64,000 nt of DNA, taken from positions 1 to 64,000 of the IMG/VR virus record IMGVR_UViG_3300047157_000197; one strand, 5' to 3'. Below, piece after piece: positions 1-8,247 of the stretch. The notes below the pieces were generated by a model. That model searched no databases and was not told the origin of the DNA. It worked only from the letters and a program-made list of their open reading frames with translations. The first letter of the stretch is position 1. The number at the start of each line of letters is the position of its first letter. The translations under genes were made by a program, and so were the position numbers.

Positions 1-114
1 GAATACAAGTATTTAATCCTTCAAGGTGGACGATATTATATTTGTGGTAAATGTAATGATGTAACTTATCCTACCGAAGATATAGATAAGGTAGTAGAAA
101 GAGGAAGAGATTAA
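1..114 (+). CDS. 3' end of a hypothetical protein (CxxC), truncated by window edge
   Basis: Frame 1 reads EYKYLILQGGRYYICGKCNDVTYPTEDIDKVVERGRD-stop. Confidence 0.6.
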   Translation, partial: EYKYLILQGGRYYICGKCNDVTYPTEDIDKVVERGRD

Positions 115-543
115 CTAACCCTATATACATAATACCCCTATATACAGGTATACCGAATCCCACTACCGCATACTCTATACTCCCATACTCCCATACCAAC
201 AGTACCCCCTAACTCCAGACTCAACCCCAAACCCTTTCCCCCATAATAACCAAAACGATAACACCCTCGAACTCCCGATACTCACCTAAAACTTTCCCCA
301 TAACTCTCTCTATTCCAATGTGTTAAATGGGGGTAAAAGGGTGAGGGGGCTGTGAAAGTACGAGGTTTTTAATCCTTTTTAAGAGGGTCTGAGATTGAAT
401 CCGTACCAAGATATTACACCCTACCCTAATTAACCACTATACCCTCTTATATGGAGTGTACAAGGGAGTTGGGGAGTGGTGCACATACTCACTATGGGGT
501 AAGCGTATGTGTTGTTGGAGGTTATTTTTTTCCGGAGTAACTA

Positions 544-702
544 TGACACATTGTCACACCCCCTACTTGGGACTCAATTGCATTATTCGTAATTCTACAC
601 TATGACACCTTGTCACCCGATTATGGATTATTTAAAATATTGGAATAAACCGCCCATTTCATTGTCATATTCGTAAATCCACCATACTATGACACATTGT
701 CA
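544..702. promoter_or_regulatory. Three TGAC-N5-GTCA palindromic operator-like sites
   Basis: 544-556, 603-615, 690-702; half site at 662-667. Confidence 0.6.
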
Positions 703-711
703 TGAGATTTA

Positions 712-743
712 TTTGTTTATTTAAAAAAATTGTCGTATCTTTA
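712..743 (+). promoter_or_regulatory. Bacteroidota-type promoter (weaker match)
   Basis: TTTGT-N19-TATCTTTA. Confidence 0.5.
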
Positions 744-842
744 GGGTGGTTGTGGGTGGGAGTGTACACATCAGTATAAAGGGGTCACCAGCGGCACTGG
801 AGTACTGGAGTGGAAAATAAATTAAAAATAAGTCCTAAATTG

Positions 843-874
843 TTTGGTAGTCTCAGTTATTTTTCGTATATTAG
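843..874 (+). promoter_or_regulatory. Bacteroidota-type promoter
   Basis: TTTGG-N19-TATATTAG, 9 nt before ATG 884. Confidence 0.7.
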
Positions 875-883
875 TCATGTAAT

Positions 884-1102
884 ATGAGAGATATGAGAGA
901 TATAAAGAAATTAGTTCCCTATATAGGGTTAGGTGTAGTGATTGCCATTATACTGTTGTTGGTACCGATGATTATTCGAGGTTTTTTCGCGATATTGTTA
1001 CTTTTGATGAAAAATCCACTTGAATTCCTTATTGGAACCACGATTTTGCTCCTGTGTATGTATATAGGGGAGAAGATAATAAATAAACCATTAAATAAAT
1101 AA
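884..1102 (+). CDS. Small membrane protein
   Basis: 72 aa with 2-3 hydrophobic segments. Confidence 0.6.
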   Translation: MRDMRDIKKLVPYIGLGVVIAIILLLVPMIIRGFFAILLLLMKNPLEFLIGTTILLLCMYIGEKIINKPLNK

Positions 1103-1105
1103 AAC

Positions 1106-1438
1106 ATGAGAAACATTACCAAAATCCTCGACAGAAGTCAGAGGTTATTCCTAGCTGGGAATATGAAAAAGAGTTATTCTATCGCTATTGATGGGATTAC
1201 CGAACTATCCCAAGTAAACAGAAGATTAAACGAAGAAACCCAAGGTTGGGATTTAAAGAAAGCGTACGATTACAAGGGTACTTACAAGATTCAAGGTAAA
1301 ACTCTTACCAATTGGATGGAGAAATTATGGACAATAGTTGAAAATACTGGAGTTGAACCGATTGTAGAGGAGTATGAAACTGATATGATTCAGTACAGTA
1401 TAGATAATACACAGACGTTAGTAAAGAATAGAAAATAA
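1106..1438 (+). CDS. Hypothetical protein
   Basis: 110 aa ORF, A-rich leader, adjacent to upstream gene. Confidence 0.65.
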   Translation: MRNITKILDRSQRLFLAGNMKKSYSIAIDGITELSQVNRRLNEETQGWDLKKAYDYKGTYKIQGKTLTNWMEKLWTIVENTGVEPIVEEYETDMIQYSIDNTQTLVKNRK

Positions 1439-1449
1439 TTCTAATTTTA

Positions 1450-1481
1450 TTAGGATATATCAAATAAATTTTGTATATTAG
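1450..1481 (+). promoter_or_regulatory. Bacteroidota-type promoter in front of the candidate ncRNA
   Basis: TTAGG-N19-TATATTAG. Confidence 0.7.
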
Positions 1482-1486
1482 CCCTG

Positions 1487-1850
1487 TAGTTGAGGTTGAT
1501 GATTGAGAATATAGGGTTTGATTCCCTCTCTAGTTAATCTCCAAAGACCTCCTCTTAATAGAATTAGAGGCCGTCAGTAGTGTTGGGAGATACACCTACT
1601 ATAAAAACTGAATCTCTTTTAAAGAAATGTGAGCTGTTGGTGGTATTTTCTCACTCTAAACAACGAACCACCACATATAACGATGATGAGTCACAGGCGA
1701 TGAAATGATACTACGCTCGGAATCGAATTTCATCCACAGATTAGGGGTTTTCTGTGGAGATTAATAGGAGCCAACTCAACTCTCTCCTATCCTAAGTGTT
1801 CAATCTGAACCACCCACTAAGTTATGGCTTCCTTCTTAGTGGGTTTTTTT
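1487..1850 (+). ncRNA. Candidate large structured ncRNA (~365 nt) of unrecognised family
   Basis: Own promoter and terminator, no ORF, several perfect 7-10 bp helices, a long-range helix and two possible pseudoknots. Confidence 0.7.
1812..1850 (+). terminator. Rho-independent terminator
   Basis: ACCCACTAAG/CTTAGTGGGT 10 bp stem followed by a T run. Confidence 0.85.
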
Positions 1851-1864
1851 ATTCCCTATACTCT

Positions 1865-1932
1865 GGAGCCGGGAACATGACATAATGTCAGATGCTGGCT
1901 CCTGTACCTATTGTTAATAACTTGTTAATAAC
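1865..1932. repeat. Nested palindrome containing TGAC-N5-GTCA, then tandem TTGTTAATAAC x2
   Basis: GGAGCCGG(1865-72)/CTGGCTCC(1895-1902); TGACATAATGTCA 1878-1890; 11-mers at 1911-1921 and 1922-1932. Confidence 0.65.
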
Positions 1933-1956
1933 TTTTTTAAAATAAACCTCTTTTTA

Positions 1957-1988
1957 TTAGGTTTTTACAAAAAATAGTCGTATATTAC
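1957..1988 (+). promoter_or_regulatory. Bacteroidota-type promoter
   Basis: TTAGG-N19-TATATTAC. Confidence 0.7.
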
Positions 1989-2024
1989 ATATGTAATAAG
2001 TAATAATCCTTAAAACTAAAAAAT

Positions 2025-2285
2025 ATGAATTTATTAAGATTAGAAAGCGTTGGTTCAGTCCTTGATTTGGTGGACAATATGGTATATCCAGAAATGGTAG
2101 ATGGTTCCCTTGATTTAGAAATGGGTGTTCATTTAGATGAATGTTCTGATGAGTGGGTACTTGGTTTATCTGTATATGATAGAACTCAGATGAGTATCAA
2201 CAATGCGGTGTGGTCTCAAACTTCAAACGTCCTGAGAAATCAGTTGAGGTTTGAAAACGAAATCGGTGGAATAGAAAATTTATAA
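2025..2285 (+). CDS. Hypothetical protein
   Basis: 86 aa acidic ORF downstream of a promoter. Confidence 0.6.
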   Translation: MNLLRLESVGSVLDLVDNMVYPEMVDGSLDLEMGVHLDECSDEWVLGLSVYDRTQMSINNAVWSQTSNVLRNQLRFENEIGGIENL

Positions 2286-2376
2286 AAAGAACTTCGGTAT
2301 ATGTAGTAATAATACTACTAGCTCACATATACCCTATATACAGTATAGTAGTATAACAAATTAAATAAAATATAAT

Positions 2377-2613
2377 ATGAGTAAATGGAAACACAGAAAC
2401 TGTATTATTGAATTAACCCCTAGCGAGTTAATCCCTACTATGGTTACTATTACCAAAACCCCTAAACTTAGAGGTGGGTTTTTAAACAAAAGGTATATTA
2501 CCTTAGAAAAGTGCTTTGAACAAATTGAATATTTTGAATCCCATAGGTTGATAAAATCTAAAGAGAAATATGTCAAAGGACAATTAGAAGATGTGGTTGT
2601 TATAGACGAATAG
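2377..2613 (+). CDS. Hypothetical protein
   Basis: 78 aa ORF. Confidence 0.55.
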   Translation: MSKWKHRNCIIELTPSELIPTMVTITKTPKLRGGFLNKRYITLEKCFEQIEYFESHRLIKSKEKYVKGQLEDVVVIDE

Positions 2614-2849
2614 CAAAACCCTTGTACTCCCCCCTACACACCGAGGTTTCTTGTAAATGGCTCGAAGGCGATTAAGGGTAAAGGGGCTCGAGTACGTTTT
2701 TTTATCGAGGTCAATTTTTTTCCCTATAAGAAAAAATAGGCTATCCAACCCCCAAGGGTTGCATGGTATGCAATAATACAATATAACGCAATGATGAGCA
2801 GAGTAGTAGGGTACTACACATACGAGGTTGAAAATTTAAGAATAAAATT

Positions 2850-3008
2850 ATGAGTAAAATAGGAGATACAATCCGATTCAGATTCGCTGGTTGTTGGGAA
2901 TCAGGAGTGGTTACTGAGGTAGTTAAGAAAGGAAACAAGATTTTATCGTATAGGGTTAAGGATAGTAAATATACTTACTCTGTTGATAGGGTTAATGTTA
3001 AAAAGTAA
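2850..3008 (+). CDS. Small beta-rich (SH3/KOW-like) protein, missing from ORF track
   Basis: 52 aa MSKIGDTIRFRFAGCWESGVVTEV...; A-rich leader. Confidence 0.5.
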   Translation: MSKIGDTIRFRFAGCWESGVVTEVVKKGNKILSYRVKDSKYTYSVDRVNVKK

Positions 3009-3130
3009 TTTTCTTTTCTCTTCTGTATGTATATAGTGAGTAGAGCTAGTATCATTATTAGTGTTACCGAAGATTAATCGAGGTTATAAATGTTAGATTA
3101 CAATATTTAAATAAAAAAGAAAATAACAAT

Positions 3131-3409
3131 ATGGGAAATCCAGCTAGAGAGTATTTAAGAAAAATGAAAGAAATACAAAGAAAAAATGGCGATGAGAAAT
3201 TAACTCAAGAAGAAATAGATATGCTGTTTAAATCACTTAAAGATAAAGAAGGTAAATCTTTATTTCCTTTATCAAAACGAGAAAGAGATATAGATAGAAA
3301 AAATGGTATAAAACGAAATCCAAAATTAGGGTGTTTAGTAGCAACACTTGGAACTCTCTTAGTTTGGGCAACTTTATACAAAATTATAATTAATACAATA
3401 ATACAATAA
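3131..3409 (+). CDS. Hypothetical protein with C-terminal TM helix
   Basis: 92 aa with hydrophobic C-terminus. Confidence 0.6.
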   Translation: MGNPAREYLRKMKEIQRKNGDEKLTQEEIDMLFKSLKDKEGKSLFPLSKRERDIDRKNGIKRNPKLGCLVATLGTLLVWATLYKIIINTIIQ

Positions 3410-3414
3410 AAGTT

Positions 3415-3669
3415 ATGACAATTAAAGATTACAGAAAGTTTATAAACTCCCTACCAGAGAAGTTTGATGATTTTGAACTTACTCATCGTGAGTACACTAC
3501 CGTAGAGGGAGATAGTATAAAAGCAAAAGAAGTTGAAGTTTACTCAGTACATATAGATGAGGATAACAAAGTAGGGTGTAATATGCATCAAAACTCATAT
3601 GAAGCTTTTATCAAGTTTACGACCTCTACTTTGAACCGAAAGGTAGAATCAGAAAAAGTTGAAGAATAA
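3415..3669 (+). CDS. Hypothetical protein
   Basis: 84 aa ORF in operon. Confidence 0.6.
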   Translation: MTIKDYRKFINSLPEKFDDFELTHREYTTVEGDSIKAKEVEVYSVHIDEDNKVGCNMHQNSYEAFIKFTTSTLNRKVESEKVEE

Positions 3670-3701
3670 TTAGGATATATCCAAAATAATTCGTATATTA
3701 T
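3670..3701 (+). promoter_or_regulatory. Bacteroidota-type promoter
   Basis: TTAGG-N19-TATATTAT. Confidence 0.7.
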
Positions 3702-3901
3702 GAATATGAAAAAAACAGATAATGAACAAGTAGGTTGTGGAATAATGACCTTAATATTTGTAGTACTGGCAATAACACTAATCGTAAAACTATTATAATG
3801 AATAAATTAATTTGGAGAATGTATAACGAGAATCGTATCTCATTAGAAGTAGCAGAAGAACTACTTGATTGTTATTACAATAGAACTAATAAAATATATT
3901 A

Positions 3902-4108
3902 ATGAAAGAAGAATATAGACACTTACTTACAGATAGACAGAAATTGTGGTTAGAATCTCAACATCATAGATTAGAGAACGAATGGCAATATCTTGCTTTA
4001 GAAGTTAGACACAGAGGAAAGTATTCTGATTTTGAAAGAGGACAACTTAATGAGTTGGCTAGATTAGTTAGAACTAAAAAGAACACAATAGATAATATAA
4101 TCATATAA
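3902..4108 (+). CDS. Small helical protein, paralog family member 1
   Basis: GKYSDFERGQLNELA motif. Confidence 0.6.
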   Translation: MKEEYRHLLTDRQKLWLESQHHRLENEWQYLALEVRHRGKYSDFERGQLNELARLVRTKKNTIDNIII

Positions 4109-4332
4109 TGTATAATAACGCAACATTCGTAGATAAGGCACAAATAAAGAATCTGAAGAAGATGGATGATTTCGTAAAGAATAATATGGATAGATTTCCA
4201 AACGATGTATCAGAGAAAATCAGAGAGTTAATTACCAAGATAATAGAAAAAGGACATTATTATGAAGCAGAGGCAGATGTTCTCAATATGGTAGGTAATG
4301 AATATAATCAATGGAAAAAAGAAAATAGATAA
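4108..4332 (+). CDS. Small helical protein, paralog family member 2
   Basis: GHYYEAEADVLNMVGNEYN motif; stop/start overlap. Confidence 0.65.
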   Translation: MYNNATFVDKAQIKNLKKMDDFVKNNMDRFPNDVSEKIRELITKIIEKGHYYEAEADVLNMVGNEYNQWKKENR

Positions 4333-4562
4333 TGAGATATACAGAACTAAACGATAAAAAGTTAAAATGGATAAATAAATTTTTTGATACTATATATGGA
4401 TATTATTGTGATGGTAACAATAGAGTTTACCAATGGGAACTTCAAAAAGAATTGAAGTTTTTAAACTATATTAAAGATTGTGGTGAATATACCTTAGAAG
4501 ATGCAGATAAATTAAACTCAATAAAAAACTTATATAATCATATAAAAAATGGACAAGTATAG
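4332..4562 (+). CDS. Small helical protein, paralog family member 3
   Basis: GEYTLEDADKLNSIKNLYN motif; stop/start overlap. Confidence 0.65.
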   Translation: MRYTELNDKKLKWINKFFDTIYGYYCDGNNRVYQWELQKELKFLNYIKDCGEYTLEDADKLNSIKNLYNHIKNGQV

Positions 4563-4770
4563 AAAAACTGATGGTAATAAATATTACCTAAAACAACTCA
4601 ATTCCGAATCAGGTGAATTAGAGTGGATAGAAATTAACTTAGAAAGTAGTACAGAACCAGTAGTAGAATTATCAAAAAATGAGATGATTCTGAATAAACC
4701 TACACATGAGTACTATTTTGAAAGAGAGTTTCCTGATTATGTAACCAAATCAGAGTATGAAGATAAATAA
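4549..4770 (+). CDS. Hypothetical protein
   Basis: 73 aa ORF in tightly packed operon. Confidence 0.55.
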   Translation: MDKYRKTDGNKYYLKQLNSESGELEWIEINLESSTEPVVELSKNEMILNKPTHEYYFEREFPDYVTKSEYEDK

Positions 4771-4784
4771 TCAACTAAAATATC

Positions 4785-4970
4785 ATGGAAAAGAAAGAAT
4801 TAACAACCAACGAATATCGAAATGAGATAGAATTTCAGATAACTAACGCAAGAATAAACGCAGAATCCCCATATAATGATGGTTGGACTCAAGAAGGTTA
4901 CCGAGAAAAGGTGATTTCTTTAGAAAAAAAACTAAAAACAATAGGAAAACAACTAAAACTTAAGTTTTAA
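4785..4970 (+). CDS. Hypothetical protein
   Basis: 61 aa ORF, coupled to next gene. Confidence 0.55.
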   Translation: MEKKELTTNEYRNEIEFQITNARINAESPYNDGWTQEGYREKVISLEKKLKTIGKQLKLKF

Positions 4971-5191
4971 TGCCTCCACAAAATAAGTTTACTGGAAATA
5001 AATTTGAAGATTACCACTATCAGTACCTAGAAAAGTTAATTAAATGGTATGCAACTGATAAAGTTGTACATAGGAACAATAAAATAAAGGTAGAGTGGTT
5101 ATCTGGTTTGATGAAAGAACAATTTTATGATGAACATCAAAGAAAATTTCTAAATAAGATGGTAAAATCTTATAATAATAGAAAAAAATGA
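4970..5191 (+). CDS. Small helical protein, paralog family member 4
   Basis: QFYDEHQRKFLNKMVKSYN motif. Confidence 0.6.
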   Translation: MPPQNKFTGNKFEDYHYQYLEKLIKWYATDKVVHRNNKIKVEWLSGLMKEQFYDEHQRKFLNKMVKSYNNRKK

Positions 5192-6072
5192 GTAAAAAAT
5201 ACTTAATTGCATGTGGAGATTCATTTACAGAAGGTCATGTTTTAGGTAAACCTGCAAGTTGGGCAACTTACGTTGGGCCAAAACTTGGGTTAGAAACCAT
5301 AAACATTGCATGTGGTGGTATGTCAAACGATTGGATTTGTAATACAACCCTTACTTGGTTGATGAAAAACAAAGAAAAAGCTAAAGATTCAGTAGTTATG
5401 ATAGGCTGGACAGAGTTTGGTAGGCAACATACTGTGTATCAACCGATTAATGAATATTGGCCAGGTAACACAAGATGGTCTACTACAATTTCTCCAGCAG
5501 ATTTTATACCTAATTTTGTTGATATTAACGATAATGATATTCCTCAAGCACTAAAAGAGCTAGAAATTAACAAAAAAGCACTGATTCCTTGGTTTGGTTC
5601 CTTTAGTGATTGTCTGTATAAGACGTATCGTTCTATACTTTTTGTTAAAGAATACTGTGAATCTAATAATATTCCTTATATATTCTTTGATATGGTAGAT
5701 AATCATAAGGCAATACTCACCCCATCTATTGAAGGAGATTCACCAGATGGTAAAAATTATAACATTTCAGTAAAAAATAGAGCTAAAAATGAGAAAAATG
5801 AGTGGACATACTTTGATTTAGGACCAGTAAGACACGACCAATATGATTTAATTAATGAAAATATGACCAATTATTTGTTTGATTCTCATTATCATTACAT
5901 TTCTGAGGAAAATTCTTTGTTAGGATTTATGGAAAATTACCCAAATAAAAGTAAAGGAGGCCAGGATGGTGATTATATGAAAGGAAATTCCGGTCATTTA
6001 AATATCGAGGGTTCTAAATGGTTCTCTGAATATGTAGTTAAATGGTATAAAAGTACCCCAAAATTAATATAA
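5188..6072 (+). CDS. SGNH/GDSL-like hydrolase or acyltransferase-fold protein
   Basis: N-terminal ACGDSFTEG, GGMSNDWI and C-terminal GHLNIEG motifs. Confidence 0.65.
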   Translation: MSKKYLIACGDSFTEGHVLGKPASWATYVGPKLGLETINIACGGMSNDWICNTTLTWLMKNKEKAKDSVVMIGWTEFGRQHTVYQPINEYWPGNTRWSTTISPADFIPNFVDINDNDIPQALKELEINKKALIPWFGSFSDCLYKTYRSILFVKEYCESNNIPYIFFDMVDNHKAILTPSIEGDSPDGKNYNISVKNRAKNEKNEWTYFDLGPVRHDQYDLINENMTNYLFDSHYHYISEENSLLGFMENYPNKSKGGQDGDYMKGNSGHLNIEGSKWFSEYVVKWYKSTPKLI

Positions 6073-6077
6073 TAATA

Positions 6078-6085
6078 TATTTATA
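6078..6085 (+). promoter_or_regulatory. Putative late promoter TATTTATA
   Basis: Recurrent motif, 17 nt before ATG 6103. Confidence 0.5.
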
Positions 6086-6102
6086 TTGGTAAAGGTTACA
6101 TC

Positions 6103-7338
6103 ATGGAAGAAGCAGATATAATAAAACAACGATTCAATACTCACGATAGGTCACAAATGAGCTATATGAGTTATGAATCAAAGAAATTTTACCTACAAAC
6201 CACAGCAAAAACGGCATCATCTTGGTCTAATTTAAGAATTGATGATACACCAATTAACCTTAGTTTTAAGATTAATACCCTAAAAGCATACACAGAAGCT
6301 TCTGAAATTGGTGCAGGTGAAGAATCGGATTATGGTAAACAACAAAAAAAGACTATAAAAGATTGGAATTCTCTTATGAATGGTAAATCTTGTAAAAAAG
6401 ATTTCGTTTTCTTTATAAGAAACCCACTAGAAAAGGTAGCTACTGGCTTTGTTCAAGATGTTTTACTAAAAGAAATAAATGAAGATAGTGTAAATTCACT
6501 TCTTTTTCAAAAATATTTATTAGATTTAGGATATTCTAAATATGAGGTTACTAAGTTTTGTAACTTTTATAACCCAAACTTTCACGCTCAAAATAAAAGA
6601 GGGGGTGTAAACTCAAAGAATTTTCAAAATTTTCCTGATGTAAGTAATTTTGGTACTGATAATATCTTTTTACCAATATTCTATCACATGATAGAATCAA
6701 TAGTAGACCATTGGTGTACTGATATACCTAGAGTTATTAATGAAGTCAATCAAGGTCACAAAATGAGTAATTTATTATTTATTTTAAAAATTTTAACATA
6801 TCCACCACATAATGTAGATATATCTAAGATTCATGTAATGGATATAAACAGACAGAATATTGGAGAATCACTAAACAGCAAGTATGGAATGAAAATAGAT
6901 ACAGCTAAAGCTCATTCTAGAGAACCATACTTTAAACATATGGTGTTTGCTGCTTTTAAAAAACACCTACCATTATTAAGTTCTTTTTTAAGTACGGAAC
7001 TTGCGATTTATTCTGAAATAATAAATAAGTTATATCCACTAGAAAACTATACTGAAGAAAAGAAACTACCATCTGGTGTTTTTAATACTGATGAGTATTT
7101 AGTTAATGATAATATACCACAAGATTTTAAACATAGAATTAATTGGACTCCATTAAATCAACATTTAATTTACGAACAATTTAAAGTTAAAAGTGTTAAT
7201 GTAGAAAGTGAGCTTTCCAAGGTTATGCATCTTATAAAATCTGATGGAAAGGGAAGTATAGAAACTGTTCTAAGGGAAAATGAGGATAACGATGCTAGTA
7301 GTAATAGTAGTCAGTTATTGGTTGATAATTTATTTTAA
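6103..7338 (+). CDS. Sulfotransferase-like protein
   Basis: TAKTASS resembles the 5'-PSB loop and FFIRNPLEKVATG the 3'-PB motif. Confidence 0.55.
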   Translation: MEEADIIKQRFNTHDRSQMSYMSYESKKFYLQTTAKTASSWSNLRIDDTPINLSFKINTLKAYTEASEIGAGEESDYGKQQKKTIKDWNSLMNGKSCKKDFVFFIRNPLEKVATGFVQDVLLKEINEDSVNSLLFQKYLLDLGYSKYEVTKFCNFYNPNFHAQNKRGGVNSKNFQNFPDVSNFGTDNIFLPIFYHMIESIVDHWCTDIPRVINEVNQGHKMSNLLFILKILTYPPHNVDISKIHVMDINRQNIGESLNSKYGMKIDTAKAHSREPYFKHMVFAAFKKHLPLLSSFLSTELAIYSEIINKLYPLENYTEEKKLPSGVFNTDEYLVNDNIPQDFKHRINWTPLNQHLIYEQFKVKSVNVESELSKVMHLIKSDGKGSIETVLRENEDNDASSNSSQLLVDNLF

Positions 7339-7428
7339 AGTTTTTTCAACCCCTAACCCCTTTATACAGCTATAACTACTAAGGAAAAATGAAAACGTAA
7401 AAAAAGTTTTAAAAACTTATTAACAATT

Positions 7429-8244
7429 ATGATATTAAATAAAAAATTACTGACCGAACGAGGATACCTAACCTTTAATTTAAAAGAGTTAGATGAAGAA
7501 CTTTATAATGAGTTTAAAAAAACATATACTAAAGAATTTTTAAATAAGAAAATAAAAATATTCAGATTTGATACCTCGATTGATATTAGTAATGGGGATG
7601 TGGTTCCAGATGAATTGTTTACAACACAATTTAAAGTTAAGTACGAGGGCGATACCTATATTAGAGAAGATGATTTTCCTATACGAGATATAAAAGGAAA
7701 GACACATGGCAAGATTGAAGAATTAAAAAAACTTCAAAACTATATAAATGAATTAGATACTCCACCAAATTTTGATAACGTAGGTCAAGAATGGTATTAT
7801 GGGCCATTACGAGTTATTGATAATTATGGAAATATAACCGAACCAGCCAAAACGTTACAAAAACTTTATATAGATGTTATTAAAAATTTATATAAAGATG
7901 ATATCGTAACTATTGAAGATTACCTACCACATACTACACGAAGACAAGACGGTAGTATAGTAGAAGGAACTGATGTTACAATGTATATTAAAAATAATTA
8001 TATCGCATCTCATGCAGATGGAATTGATGGTAATAGATTATGTGTATTATTAATGTATCTTAACGATGATTGGGAAAATGGATATGGTGGAGAAATTGTA
8101 GTGAACGAAGAAATAACAGTACCACCATTATTTGGAAATATTGTAATATTAGATTTCACAGAAAATAATATTGAACATGAAGTTTTAAAAGTACTAAACG
8201 AAAGTTTTGAAAGATATGCAATAATTAAGTTTTTTTACAAATAA
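7429..8244 (+). CDS. 2OG-Fe(II) oxygenase (prolyl-hydroxylase-like)
   Basis: HADG, LLMYLNDDWENGYGGE, distal HEV. Confidence 0.85.
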   Translation: MILNKKLLTERGYLTFNLKELDEELYNEFKKTYTKEFLNKKIKIFRFDTSIDISNGDVVPDELFTTQFKVKYEGDTYIREDDFPIRDIKGKTHGKIEELKKLQNYINELDTPPNFDNVGQEWYYGPLRVIDNYGNITEPAKTLQKLYIDVIKNLYKDDIVTIEDYLPHTTRRQDGSIVEGTDVTMYIKNNYIASHADGIDGNRLCVLLMYLNDDWENGYGGEIVVNEEITVPPLFGNIVILDFTENNIEHEVLKVLNESFERYAIIKFFYK

Positions 8245-8247
8245 CAA

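Larger units (their letters stand above)
115..880. other. Long non-coding, relatively GC-rich, repeat-rich region (candidate origin, terminus or control region)
   Basis: No ORF of 60 aa or more; C-rich 115-315 then G-rich 325-530 and 745-815; several repeated motifs. Confidence 0.55.

Noticed and set aside
1487-1850. Identification as RNase P RNA, tmRNA or a group I intron
   Set aside because: No GAGGAAAGUC P4 signature, no tRNA-like GGGG...CCA ends or convincing tag frame, and it does not interrupt a gene
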